From Mizuhopecten yessoensis (lineage: Eukaryota): a stretch of 64,000 nucleotides of DNA. A model generated the notes under the pieces. That model had not been told where the DNA came from, did not search any database, and saw nothing but the letters and a program-made list of their open reading frames with translations. Every line of letters begins with the position of its first letter. The first letter of the stretch is position 1. Below, one piece after another: positions 1 to 13,514 of this stretch. The DNA lies in contig NW_018408880.1 of assembly GCF_002113885.1 (NCBI RefSeq), positions 1,666,966-1,730,965 on the forward strand, read 5' to 3'. A program made the position numbers and the translations under genes.

Positions 1-1
1 A

Positions 2-361
2 ATTGATTCAACTGTTACATTGGGCAACTCAACAGATATTACGAATGTAGAACAAACAACTCCTCTAGGATCATACACTGTAAATGATTCAACAAAATCA
101 GAAAATTCAACTTTCAATTCAATACAAAATTCAACCGCTTTACCGGGTAATAGTGCACCTGGTAAATCTCAATCTACAACCGACAGCACTAATATGTTTG
201 AAACAACAAGGACTAACAAAGTGTCCTTTGAACCAACGACCGAGAGTACCAGGGCAGATGGAAACCTGTTGAATAAGGCATCAGATATCAATAATTCAAA
301 TTTGTTTGTACTATTCTTCTTCGTCTTAACCAAGTTGCTACGCTGGTCAAGGATGGGTTAG
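2..361 (+). CDS. 3' end (5'-partial) of a Ser/Thr/Asn-rich mucin-like surface protein with a C-terminal hydrophobic, GPI-signal-like tail
   Basis: The frame is open from position 2 (IDSTVTLGNSTDIT...). It is S/T-rich with many N-x-S/T sequons and ends NSNLFVLFFFVLTKLLRWSRMG*. A decayed paralog lies at ~7230-7520. Confidence 0.55.
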   Translation: MDSTVTLGNSTDITNVEQTTPLGSYTVNDSTKSENSTFNSIQNSTALPGNSAPGKSQSTTDSTNMFETTRTNKVSFEPTTESTRADGNLLNKASDINNSNLFVLFFFVLTKLLRWSRMG

Positions 362-3239
362 AATTACAACATGAAATCTAACCACAACTGTACATATTAT
401 GCGGAACATAAGTTATTTGTATTTCGGCTAGTATAACAATGCATTGCAGTCAGTACATATAAGACTGTTCATCGAAATGATTATCCGAACATTCTAATTG
501 AGTTTATCGACTAAAAGATAGTTTACAATAAATTATACTTTTTCTTTTAGAATTTTTCGTAAGGTTAATGAATTGATGTGGACACGTGAAGGCATATACA
601 TGGACGTTTGTAACCTCGTGTTATAGGTCTAAATTGCCCAAGTCCAGTCACATGTTGTCTGCACTTGTCATACATAAGGGAAGAGGGGGACTTTTAAAGA
701 GTTTTGTAAGTGTTGATTGGGCAAAACAAACTACACGCGCATGTATTATTGTCTAATAGTACATGGTTTACTTTAACCGGTGAAAAGTATCGTTATATCG
801 ACAGCGTCGTGTGATAGTCTTGATTAAAAGTACTGTGATATTATTTATTTATTATTTTGTTACGAAACAACTGTAAGTTTACACAGTTTTGATTTCGTGC
901 AATATTCTTTTCGTGGTTTTGTAATTTTCAAGTTATTTGTCGCTGTACATGTATTATTTCGTTCATTTCCAAAAGAGTATTTTGCGGATTGTGATAAATC
1001 TTTGGATTCCTTTATCTAAGGAAATAACACTGCTTTGATATATTGATGATGAATTTTAATTGGCTTTTTAAACACAGGGGCGTGGCAAGATCCCCAAACC
1101 CCACATTCCATACACATATATACAGACCGCATGGTGGGGGATCTGTGCCACGCCAATGTAGTTATAAAATATGAAGGATGCATTACTTTGTAAAGCAATC
1201 ATAGATTCAGAAATAAATTGATGAATATACATACACCTGTATTTTGTTCATTTACATGTACTTTCATTTTGTTTTCTTCAGCAGAGATTATATTTTGAAA
1301 TGGATATACTAAGTCATTCTCTGATTTTAAATACTGTATACAGTGAATCTTTCGCTTTGTCACACATTCGTCCTACGCCGATAAAATTCAACTTGATCAT
1401 ATGTTCATTTCGCCCTTTACGTTTGAAAACTATGTTAATCATGTTGTAAACTAATGTTGGTTCTGAAGATAAATTCGCTTGCATTGCGGAGGGCGAAACG
1501 TAAACTACGGCAAAAGTATCCTGGTAACGTATTTCTGTTAAAAAAATTAACATCATGAAAATAAAGAAGATGTTTTGACAACGAAAGCCACATGTATTTA
1601 TTTCCGACACAAATATGTACAAAATTAATAAACCAGGCAGTGAATATATGTTGCGTATTCATATGCTATCTTATAGATTATTTTCTTTAGCAGATGTTAC
1701 ATTTTAGAACACCGATATCAATCGATTTCTTAATCGTAAATTCTAATCTTATATTACAGATCATACTTCCATTCAGAAATAAAATATCAGGAATAAAAAA
1801 TGAGGTTATCATACGTGATATGTAGTTGATCCACTGACATCAGATCAGAAAATAGTTAATACATAAATATGTGAACACAGTAATAACTTTTACGTTATGT
1901 TTTCTTAAGAGGAAAGGAAATATCAAAATAAAAATATTAATTTAATCAATGATGCAGTTTCGGTAAACAATAAAACATGATACAAACTAAATCCAAACCA
2001 ATGTTATTATGGTGCTAAACGAATATTTTGCTGAAACACATTTAGTAATAATACATTTGGTTAAATCCGTGTTGCGTTGACTCGCAAGGCCGGTCTGTCA
2101 TAAAAAGAAAAATATCTTATGACTTTTTATGTATTCATATCAAAGTCAAATATATTTATTATATTATAGCTTTGTTACCGATTATCAGTCTAGAAAACGA
2201 TTGACAATAGATGCGTCCTCAACAGCTGATTACAAACCAAACATTTCGTTTTTTCTTCCTTTGGTCGTTTGTGAACAACATGATTTGAAATGAGTTATCT
2301 GAATTCAACTCAATTCAAGTTTATTTGGTAAAAAAGGTACAACAACATTTTCATACAGTACCCAATACATGTTTTGGCACTAATAATGTATATGGCTGAT
2401 TACATTATAAAACATATTAATGTAAAATTATATAAGTCTCTAAAAAAAGTTATCACACTTTTAAAAATTACAAGTTGAGTAATGGTTATGCCTACGAAAA
2501 ATAAAATAAGTAAAATATATGATGCCCTTAAAACCAGGATTACCCAGAAAGCCATGAAGCTTATTTCCACTGGGGTCCATTAAAAGACACATAAAGACTC
2601 CTTAAGTAAAAATTACTATAGTTATTATATTTTGAAGATAACTGGTTGTAACTTAAAACACATTATATCGAAGTACAGCACCCATATTGTGTGCACACTC
2701 ACATATTCACATACACACATACAAAAACATATATATAGAACATATTACGTTAATAAAATACAATTATCTTATCCTGTTCTCTTTTTAGTTTTACAAAAAG
2801 ATGTTTTTTGATCGCAACTTTGAACTCTGAAAGTTGATACTTTGAACTCTGAACCTGTTAATGTGATAAGTGTAAAAGTAAGGGAAAGGAAATTTCAATT
2901 TCATTTGTTTGAAAGTGAAAAGTTGTTTATATCTTAAAGGCAGGAAAGAGTACTCAGTTCTTAAAAAATGTCTCCACAGATTTTAACATTTATTTAGTAA
3001 ATAATATCATTTGTTTTTTACAGTAAAACAAAGCGATGTGATCATATTACTACCGTAATTCACAAACGCAGAACGAGGTCTATTGCCATCTAAAGCTATA
3101 ATAATCACACTGTTAATGTTTTCAAATGAAGACGATTGTTTCGTCCACCAATTGACATATTTATTTGAAGCAGTAAAAAAAGCTGTATTCGCAAAAAAGG
3201 GGTAAATAATCGCAATGCTTACAAGATTTTTTAATTTTT

Positions 3240-3690
3240 TTTACACACCATACTTCCAGAAGTTACTAAAAAATAATTTACATATCATACTGTTAAAAGA
3301 TAAAGTATGTATTCATTTTACACACCATACTTCTAGAAGATAATATATATAATTTACATATCATACTGTTAGAAGAAAATGTATATATTTATTTTACACA
3401 TCATACTTCTAGCAGATAATATATATAATTTACATATCATACCGTTAGGAGATAATGTATATATTCATTTTACATACCATACTTTTAGAAGATCATATAT
3501 ATAATTTACATATCATACTGTTAAAAGATAATGTATATATTTATTTTACACACCATATTTTTAGAAAATAATATATATAATTTACATATCATACTGTTAG
3601 ATGATCATGTAAATATTTCTTTTACACATCATACTTCTAGAAGATAATATATATAATTTACATATCATACTGTTAGAAGATAATGTATAT
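3240..3690. repeat. ~76-bp tandem repeat (two related ~38-bp halves), ~6 copies
   Basis: ttttacacaccatacttctagaagataat... recurs at 3316, 3392, 3468 etc. A shorter array is at 17470-17670. Confidence 0.9.
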
Positions 3691-4745
3691 AAAAACAAAT
3701 TTTACACTGCTAGCAAGATAATGTTTAACAATATCATATACGGAAATTCAAAAAGCTGTTTGAGTATGTATCATTACATTTGGGCCCGTAAATCCAGACA
3801 CTACCCTCCCCTTCTTCAATCTCCCCCACCTCTCCCCTCCACTATTATTTCAGTAATTGTCGGAACTACCGGGGTTTAGATAAACATACTGTTTAGCTGC
3901 TACTTCTTATAAAAGCGTTTTGATGTTACTTAATGCGGTTTATGTATTCAATTTCTCGAATATTTAGGAAATATTCTATTTTTGCGATTTCAGATTTTCA
4001 CAATTGACCTGAAAAGACATTTCCGCTAGGAATGTTATTCACAAAATGAATGATAACACATATTTAGTAATTGTTTTATGTGTTAAGTGAGTATTCATAA
4101 AATATCATTAGAATAAACGAAGAAAACAAATGTGATTTGCTATATATCCAAATTTTCGAATAAAACAGATGAGCCGATAGCGACTGCCCGATGTTTCTCT
4201 TAGAACTAGTTATGAGAAAATATATATTTTAAAAGAGGAGGTTTTCGCGGAGGGGAAATTCTTGCGTTTTTTTGCTTTGAGTAAATTAGCGCGAAAATAT
4301 GCACTAGCATAATATATGTATAAATGTTAATAAAGAGATTATTTAGATTATATTTACATGGTATATAAAGACTTCTGAACCATTGTCAACGCGACAATTT
4401 CCACACCGCGAACAGTTAACAGAGTTACAATCTTCAATCTTACAGATTCAGGAGAGCAGTGTTTGAATGGTAGTAGTCACATGATCTCCGTGGCACAAAA
4501 ACATTAGATTCCAACACCACCGCGATTTATTTCTATTAAGTAATAATTCAATTCAACACTGCACGGCCTTGTATATTCGCTTATGTTACTTTGCGAGATC
4601 AAAACATTTAACAGTTGCAGTCTGCCTGTTATGATACGTATGAGCATTCAGGCCACAAACGAAGTTTCAGAAATGGTACAAGATTTTGCCAGCAAAATCC
4701 ACTTGATAGTATTGAAGAATGATCATCCTGACCACCCAAGAAATT

Positions 4746-6374
4746 TCAGGAAATAGTACAAGATTTGCCATAGCTAGAATCACGATAGTATTGTAGAAGC
4801 TTCACCTTGTCCAAATCAGTAACAATCCAGACGATATTGTCCTGATCCAAACCCATCGCACTGATACACGTGCTGTCGGAGTGTATAACCGAAATGTGTT
4901 TCCCCTGATCACTGACAAGGTGAACAAAACGTCTGTCAGCTATAACCAGGCTTCCATGACTGTCATACGAAATATACGTGGGCTCCAAAATCGGCATGTC
5001 ATCTGTGTATTTGAACAGTATTTCGAAGTTTTTGTTCATGACAAGCACCTGTCTCCGAGGAGTGTTTTCATCGGATACGCTTAGATCCAAAATTGCGATA
5101 TTTTGAGAAACCCTACATTCGGAAATCTTGACTGGATTGTGCCCATTGAAATTTTCCGTTCCTGACAATTTCGTAGAAATTATCTTTCGGCCAGCAAGTG
5201 TGAATTTGGTGAGTTTTTGATTGGTTCCGATCAGGATGCGATTGTCATGTGTCGCACACAGACAAACGGGCCTGTCGTTGGTGAAGAATTGGAAACGAAA
5301 ACATGGATTTTTTGACAGCGAGCAATCCATCACGGACCAATTGTCCGCGGAACAGGCCCAAAGGGTTTGTGTGGTCGGAGAAACACTAATATCCCTAATT
5401 CTCAGGTTGGAGCTCACCCGTGCGTACACGAGGCCGTTCCTGTGCAAGAGAATTACACCTTTCATGTCAGAATAAGTCACCCAAACTCTATCATCTTGGT
5501 CGGTACATATGGTATTTCCAAAGTTAGATGAAACAGCGCCTTCAGTTATCACTTTAGCTTTTGGTAGTAGTCTATTCTTGGATGACACAGGTTCTGGCTG
5601 GGAACGTTTCTCATGCAAATGTTTGTTTGTCTCTGAATGTATTGATCTAGTTGTAGCAAGGTCATTCGACAGAGTAGACCACGACGAACCTGAAAATATG
5701 TCAGGGATTGCATCTCTCTCGTGCAGATCGACATGTTCAAAGGTACCAAATGCCTTTTCAAGGTTTTCATAAAAGTGGTCATTTGGAGTAAACCTGACAC
5801 TTTTAAGAGACGGTTTGAATGGATATACTAAAGCATCAGGAATATCAAAGTCGTAGATCTCAACATCACCTCCAGTTTGAAGGAACTCTTTACATTTTTG
5901 CAAATGTTTTTCAAAACTTTGCAGCCTTTTATGAAGTTTTTCCTTGAAATTCTTCAATTCCAAAGCATTTTCTTCTTCCAATACTTTATAAAGTCCTGTA
6001 AATTTTGCAATTTGAGCGTCTATCTCTTCTTTCATTCGGTTGCCTTGTTCCGTCAAATGTATGATATGATTCGCAAAATGTTCAGAATTATTTTTCAGTT
6101 CATTGTCTGTCCAATCCAACTCATTTCTGACTTCAAGTAAATCCTTTTTCTCTATATGCTCAATAAACTGCTGAATGTTTTCTTTCTTCGCTGCTATTTT
6201 GATACTTAGGTCTCCCAGAACGTGGTTCCTATGAACTGTATATAGACACTGGAGACATCCAAGTTCATTACACGTTTCACACTCGAAAATCACCTTGTTT
6301 CCATGGTGATAAGCACAGTTGGATTGACCTTTGCTCCTAACTGCCTGTTGACGTGCTGATGGTAAGTCGGCCAT
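4746..6374 (-). CDS. RING-less TRIM-like protein, copy 1 (B-box2, coiled coil, NHL-like beta-propeller, C-terminal CaaX), 542 aa, single coding exon
   Basis: ATG at 6374 (the ORF track starts at an upstream TTG). B-box CAYHHGNKVIFECETCNELGCLQCLYTVHRNH, a helical coiled coil, propeller blades (DQDDRVWVT, YDSHGSLVIAD, LDQDNIVWIV), ending CTIS*. Confidence 0.88.
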   Translation of the reverse strand: MADLPSARQQAVRSKGQSNCAYHHGNKVIFECETCNELGCLQCLYTVHRNHVLGDLSIKIAAKKENIQQFIEHIEKKDLLEVRNELDWTDNELKNNSEHFANHIIHLTEQGNRMKEEIDAQIAKFTGLYKVLEEENALELKNFKEKLHKRLQSFEKHLQKCKEFLQTGGDVEIYDFDIPDALVYPFKPSLKSVRFTPNDHFYENLEKAFGTFEHVDLHERDAIPDIFSGSSWSTLSNDLATTRSIHSETNKHLHEKRSQPEPVSSKNRLLPKAKVITEGAVSSNFGNTICTDQDDRVWVTYSDMKGVILLHRNGLVYARVSSNLRIRDISVSPTTQTLWACSADNWSVMDCSLSKNPCFRFQFFTNDRPVCLCATHDNRILIGTNQKLTKFTLAGRKIISTKLSGTENFNGHNPVKISECRVSQNIAILDLSVSDENTPRRQVLVMNKNFEILFKYTDDMPILEPTYISYDSHGSLVIADRRFVHLVSDQGKHISVIHSDSTCISAMGLDQDNIVWIVTDLDKVKLLQYYRDSSYGKSCTIS

Positions 6375-7229
6375 TTGAATCAATGTGTGTAAGTTAACAT
6401 GTTCTGTCGAGTAAATAAGTAAGTTTTACTGGCAAAGCAACACAACGTTGACGTTTTATACCTAACCGTTTGTAATAAATAATACAATTTTAATCAAACA
6501 GGAAGATAACAATTTTAGTAAATTTGATTGGTCAATGGCTTGTCCAATGGAAGTGGTAAATAGTTTATAGTTAATGTTTATAGTCAGATGAGCGTACCTA
6601 CATGTTAATAGCCCCGATATACCAATGGTTGTGTATGTTTAACATTAATAATCTGATAACCGATAACCGAATGGATATGATAGCAGATGATTTTAATTTA
6701 GACATTGTGCCATCATATCCATAAATGTTACTGATAACGCCTAAATTATGTGTAAATATATATATTAGCATTGATGATGAAATTACAGGGAGATCAACGT
6801 TAAGCACACACAGGAGATTGCAACTATGAAATTTGGTAATAGATACAGTTTGCCAAAAATGAATTACGCTACATCATACAGCTGTTTCGCCCTTCTATGA
6901 TTCATCGTTGATGCTAGGGGTCAAAAGCTGGGAAAACAAAATTGTCTAAACTACTGTTGAAACAGAAAGGCGAGGCGCATGAAAACCTCAAATCTATGAA
7001 TTTCAAAATAGAAACTTGTATTGATTCATTTCAAATTAAATGATTAGTAAAATGTGTACATTATGAACCGTGCTACTACTCAAAAGAGATTAGTGTGGCT
7101 ATCGAGGTTACGGCAAACCTTAGGGACTAAGAAATCCGCCAGCAGAACAATTTCAGATTCAATAGATTGGATAACGAACCATCTATCTCAAATTCAGCAG
7201 TGATGAATACGAACAATTCAATAAGCAAT

Positions 7230-8620
7230 TCAATTGATGTAGACCAATTCAGCAGAGTATGCGAATGACCAAAGCCACAAACAACTCCATTATAGGATCA
7301 CTAAACTGATCCAACAATATTAAAAAGAAAAATCAAGTGTTAATTCAACACAAAATACAATCGTTTCCCCGAATGATAATGTACCTGATAAGTTCAAACT
7401 CGATTCAACAACCAAAAACACCAGGACAGATGGAAACATGTCGATGAAGGCGCGCAAACATTTATAATTCATATATTAAATTGGTTTTTACTATTCTCTT
7501 TTTGCTCTACGAATCCGCAACTCTTCATATCACTGGCTTATTGTGATCATATAAAAATGTAAGAAATGACGACTTTTTACACGATTTGCTGGAACATAAA
7601 CAAGTTAGTTTATTTGTATTTCGGCTTTATAATGAAGTTCAGTCAGTGAATCAAATCACAGTCATTTTATATCGAAAACAAAATGATAACGGACACTAGT
7701 TTAAATTTTAAAAGTAAGGAGTTGACATATTGTTATATTGATTTTGCGAATTGACTTCATTCATATTTGTATATCTGTCACGCCGTGTGGCACATGGGCA
7801 TATCACAGATAAGATACAACTGATAATGATTTATATCAGCTTATAACAGTGGTATTTACTTTCGCACGTTTATGACATTGAAATGTATAACGAGGATACA
7901 ACAAATATTGATGCGAAAAAATATTTCCTGAGTAAATAATATTGCCAATGTTTGTGAATCCAGAGTTTTACATTCCATCATAACACCAACATTTTGCTGG
8001 AAATATATAAACTTAAATAACCACATGTAAATAAAATCAATTGCGATTTCGTATCTTTTTGGTTCCTTTAATGCAACGTGGCGTAGATAATGATCATTTT
8101 AAACTCTTTTTATTCATTCAAAGCCTCGTTTTCTTTCAACTAAAAGGCAAATGTTAAAGCTGATTTAACATTTATGGAAGATTTGAGTGGTCAACTAGTG
8201 CCAGTTTAAGGTAGATATGTCTTGAAACGTTTTGATATGTACATGCACGCATGTACCCTCAGTATACAAACCTAATGTGTCTAAGATCAGTCACATACGG
8301 TTCACTTATTTACATTCGTATAACAATGAAAACCTTTCACAGAACGTTGCACATTAATGATTTATTGGGCAAAAACAACAGCATGCACGAGCATGCATCA
8401 TTGTCAAATATTACAACTTTAGTATAATAAGTGAAAGGTGTCGTTACATTGCCGGCGAGGTATGATAGTCTTAAATGAAGCTCTGAGAATTTGATAAATA
8501 CGTTTATGAGAAATTGCTACATAACTTTATACAGCTTTGCTTTTGTGCAATATTATTTCAATACATTTATTTTCAAATGCCATTTCAAACTTTTGTTTTA
8601 ATTCGTGATTTTTGTCGTTG
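7230..8620 (+). pseudogene. Decayed paralog of the terminal exon and 3' flank seen at 1-950
   Basis: Colinear matches: acaaacaactcc..taggatca, accagg.cagatggaaac, ggaacataa..ttatttgtatttcggct, attgggcaaaa..tgatagtctt. The reading frame is disrupted. Confidence 0.6.
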
Positions 8621-8819
8621 TATATAATTAGGGATTCATCCAGTGTATTCCACGGGGTTTTTGAATTAACTGTGAAAAATATCCGAGTACATTATTGTTG
8701 TTTTGATAAATCAATTCTATTTTGTCGGTTTAAAAGGATTTCAAAATATATCGCTAATTAAAACATGTTTAAATTGGTTTTATTATGTTTGCGCCCTACC
8801 GATATTAACAGCTAAGTTC

Positions 8820-9085
8820 ATTTAAGGAACGGCCTCTATGTGTATTATGTATACGTGCATGTGTGTATGTGTGCTGAAGCCAGGGTATGTTGGTGTATTT
8901 GCCTGTTTGTGATAGCGCGTATCTGATGCCGACTTTACATTGCTACCTCACTGAAATACCTGCCCAAGACACCCAGCACAGCGTTCCTCTTGGTCACAGT
9001 ATACTGACAACAGATTAAACAGTTGTTGTCTTAACCCAAATTTTGACCGTTAAGCAAGAAATAACAACTACCATTTTAAGGATTT
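8820..9085 (-). mobile_element. Probable degenerate SINE body
   Basis: A (TG)-rich segment followed by tgctacctcactgaaata...gtcacagtatactgacaac, resembling mollusc SINE central domains (recalled, not searched). Confidence 0.35.
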
Positions 9086-10504
9086 ATAGTTTAACAATCC
9101 CGTGTTGAGAAATGGCAATAATGAATTAACATTTAAATGTGTATTTTTTTTATTTTTTTATTTGATTTTGTTTTGCTTGGGGAATATTATATTAAAAATA
9201 AATCAATGCAGTCATTGATTGTAAACATTTGTCTTACAGTTGATAAGAGCGAAGGTCTCGGGTGCCGTAGTCACACAAGCGGTGCTCTTTACCGGTAACA
9301 TGTGAGTGTAAATAGATCTGATCCAACCAAACTGATTCCATCACTGAATCGTACAGCCACAGCCTAGAAACGTTTCGTACTTCCGGTGACCTCTTCCGGT
9401 CCATGGAGCCCGTAAATATATCAAATAATTGTTTTATTCAACCACATTTAACAACAATACTGCTCAAGAACAACAAGTGCATCATGAAACTGACATCCAT
9501 TCCATCAGGTTAACACAATTATGACTGAACACAAGACAACACACAATCTTGCTCAAATTTGACAATGACATTAGAAGGGAATCAATCAAACATTGAGGAA
9601 AACATGGTCAAAATCGCAAAACCTCCCACAAAGAACGATGACACAAAGTTAAACCTCCAGAAACGTCACTTGCAAACAACTGTTTTTATCTGATATATGC
9701 CAATCAATCCCGAGGTATCTACAAAACTTAATTACAACAGCGACGATGAAAATGAGGAATCTCCTGCTATAGATACCTGGAATTTCTAAGGTATATGATT
9801 AGTACAAACATTAAATTTCCTCATTTCACGTGGATTATCTAAATTATTAAAAAGAAAAATCTTAAATCTTCATTTTATGCGTATAATGGTGTGAGACGTG
9901 ACAGTCTCTAACCTGCTATATCTAACACGCTAAACATATTTAAATTAAAAACAGATACATCCTTCATGGACTGGCATATCAGCTCAAACCATTTGTTTAA
10001 ACATGATGTCTACAACTCTCATTATCATGTTTACTCTATGATTTGTTTCTTTTTGATCAAAATAATAATATATAATATTATGAACAGACATGAGTAGAGG
10101 GAGGGTGTATATAAATGTATACTTTTATTCTTGGATAAAACAAGAACCAAATGAGGATACTATTACCAGCAATATGGTCTAGTATTACTGTAGTACAAAC
10201 CAGTCAACTTCAAGCTAACATGTGATGCGTCATATTGGTGTAGTGTGAATGTGGATCATTCTAAAACAGAGCACACATAAGTACAAGGATGAATGATTTT
10301 CCCCAGCAACAGATTCAAGTTTATTATACAAAACCAAGTACAGGTACATTTTGTATGTATTAAAATGGGTAATGTTATGATTCAAAAATTATACTATACT
10401 ATTGAAACAACTGTACAGTATGTGCTTCGCTCTCTCCAGGCCATGCCTGAATCAGAAATACAAGTAATAAATACATGTATATAAATAAAATAATCTGTAA
10501 ACAT

Positions 10505-11000
10505 AATGAAGAATCGTTTTCTCTCATTTCCCTGTGTGTAAGATAGAGCTATCCAGGGTAAGAAAGGGGTGTAGGAAATGTCTACCTTACACCCCATTCC
10601 ACGTGAGGTGACGTCACAATAGCTCGACAATGACGTGAAGTCACGAATTTGGAACTCTCCTATGCCGCAATGCGGAAAAGGCGCGACCAGATCAAATTAA
10701 AACCCTTTTACGATATATTTACCGTACACGTTAGATAGATGTGATTAATTTTCCTAAGCAAACCTCGTTTGCCAATATGGGATAAGTTTAATACGGCTGG
10801 CTGATTCATTTTCGTTTAAAAAGCTCAGGGTGGGGTATTTTCAAAATGGTGGCCAGTCCAAATGCATTTTCATGGTTTCTGAACTTATTTGTGTGGTTAG
10901 AATGAGAGAAAAATACTCTTTCATGCTCGGGGGTGTAGGATAGGGAAATTCCACCCAGGGATTTTCCTATCCAACACCCCTGAGCATGAATGAGTCTTAT
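10505..11000. mobile_element. Non-autonomous repeat with a terminal ~32-bp-arm hairpin (Crypton-like or MITE-like)
   Basis: 10921-10989: tcatgctcgggggtgtaggatagggaaattcc / gggattttcctatccaacacccctgagcatga. A related ggggtgtagga motif is at ~10566. Confidence 0.45.
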
Positions 11001-13514
11001 AATATTTTTGTATGTATTATCTTTATAATCTGTTTTCTAAAGCAGAGTTAAAAAATTATTTGCAAATACATAAAACAATTGTAAAAGAATATCGCGTTCA
11101 CCCTTTACACAATAAAACATTATGACAAACAAAAACCTTAATCAATATACACTGAGCTATCATAACCAACTAGCAACTTGTTAATATCCCGTCGATTGAT
11201 ACCTCTTAAAAGGAACACTCAGGAATAACTGATTTTTTTATTATTTTATTTTTGCAAATACTTGCAGAAAAGATGTTTGAAATTTAAAATATTACTAGTT
11301 CAGAAAATGATTAACAGAATGTGCGTCGTCGACAACAAAGTTGCAGCCAAAATATGTATTGTTCTTCCTTCACTTAACTAGGCCTGGAAGAAGGCATAAT
11401 GTGAGCGTATAAGATAAGGATGCAGAAAACATAACCAGTGGACAAGACACGTGTAGTTTATAAAAAAAAAAACGATGGAAGCTTTTTTGTCGATGCCTGG
11501 CAATCATGAGCTTTGATAGTTTCACATAATGGTCTGATGCTGTTTCCTTTTTATTGTTCCACTGTCATCAGAGGGCACAATAATTAAAAACAAGACAAAA
11601 CGTTTTTTAAACCACTTTTGAGGGTCAGTCATAAATTAGCATTCTTATTCATAATTTCCCTATATGAACCTGGTCATTTATAAGTACATGTAATATGAAA
11701 AAAATACTCCGTTTCTCAAAGAATGACTCGGCAGATTTTAACATTTTATTTAGTAAATAGCATCCTTACGATATTTGAGTTAAAACGAAAAAGGTTCACG
11801 TTTTCAGACCATAAAGGTAGACCATCCAAAATATGTAGACTAAAAACCTAGGGGGTCCTAACAATGAGCACATTTCGATTGTGATGTTCCAATAGGGCCA
11901 AACAATGTGCAGATTCAAGGCTTTTCTGGGTACATACAAAACTAGTGTAACAGAGGCCATTATTTATCGATGCTTCCGCTTAGAGTCGAACATATGACCT
12001 CTGGTTTACTAGTCCTAATCTAAACTCATCAATCTCGCTATAATTCAACAATTAACAAAATGTTAAACTCACGTTTCTTAACTGTCTTGTCTGACTTTGA
12101 AAGAACAGCACCTAGGTAGCAGTATACAGTAGAGGGATGTGGCCATGGGTGATATTTTTGTTAAATGGCTAACCCCTGTATAATGATATGTAAAAAAATA
12201 TAAAAATAAAACTGTACTAAAATTGGTATAAGCATGATGACGTGGGCTATGTGAGCTTCACATTTGTAAAAAAGAAAGAAGATTTCTTTGGTTCGAGAGT
12301 AAAATGTTGGCCATAATCCGAAAGGGTGCGTACACATGAAAAGCTAGCTTTACAGGAGGTAAAATTTGACAACAGCACACGACGCGAAATTGCAAAAAAT
12401 GTAGTTTTACAACTTTACTGGTACCCAGATAAATCTGCAACCAGGTAGGTAATCTTTAATTTCAGACAGAGCTTAGGAAAAAAAAATTCTAGTTGCGGGG
12501 GTCAAATTTTAGGTTAAAATAGCAATTTTTGGCATTTTTTGGTAATTTTTGATGTGGTTACCATGGTTTTCACACTAGTGACATACATTGAAAAAAGAGG
12601 TTTATACACTTCTCAGTACTTTATATGCATTGTAAATGTAAAGCAGTTTACAAATATATATACATGTATACATGTGTTGTGTAGGGTAAATCCGCTGTGT
12701 TTACATTTCCTCGACATGTGCCTTGTTTATCAGAGTCGGGCCATTTCTACTGTACACTGCTACCCTAGAAGATCCGAAAATCTATATTTTACACAGTTGT
12801 ATTACATAGTACATGAAATAAGGAATGATAATAAACACATTTGATGAAAGATTCAGTTTATTGATTCACTTGCAATGTGTTTTTACGGGAGTACATAGAG
12901 CTCAATTTGCAATAATGTGTTAGTTTATATATGAACAATTCGAAACATCCTTAACAAGTATTAGACACTCTTTTCTAAGATTTGTCCTTGTTATACTCCG
13001 CCAACTTGTTCTAAATCGTCCGCAGTAGGAGTGAAAAAAACACCAATTATTTAGACAAAACAACAGTACATCAACCACAAAGTTCGTGACAATTGACCCG
13101 TTGAATTAATGTCTTTTGATGTATTGCAACTTGACAATCATGTGACCGTGCGGATATTGCTTATAAGAACGTAAAGTAAAAAGTTAAAATCTGTTCACAG
13201 AGCAATGTATCCACTTAGTAAAGGGAAATTTTAAAATAGCATAGATACAGTTGCTTTCGATACTAGTACTAGTCTATAAAGTGTATAACAAAAACAGTGC
13301 ATTATGTAATTTAGGGTAATAACACGATTTGTTTTCAATCGATATGACTGCCGGAATTTCCACTTAAATAGCACTTCTTTTCCAAAATCTCCTTAAATTC
13401 AGCACATCGCGTACTGGTTTTTTTCCACACTTTTACGCGAAAACAGCAATGGACGAAATCAAAGCGATGTACTTCATTGTAATAAGGAACATTCTGGTTG
13501 CCCCTATCTAATTT

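Noticed and set aside
4881-6140. Short antisense ORFs conserved across the TRIM-like copies
   Set aside because: They are shadows of recently duplicated coding sequence.
6375-6383. TTG starts (MIQ...) of the TRIM-like ORFs in the track
   Set aside because: These are eukaryotic genes, and an in-frame ATG three codons downstream is conserved in all three copies.
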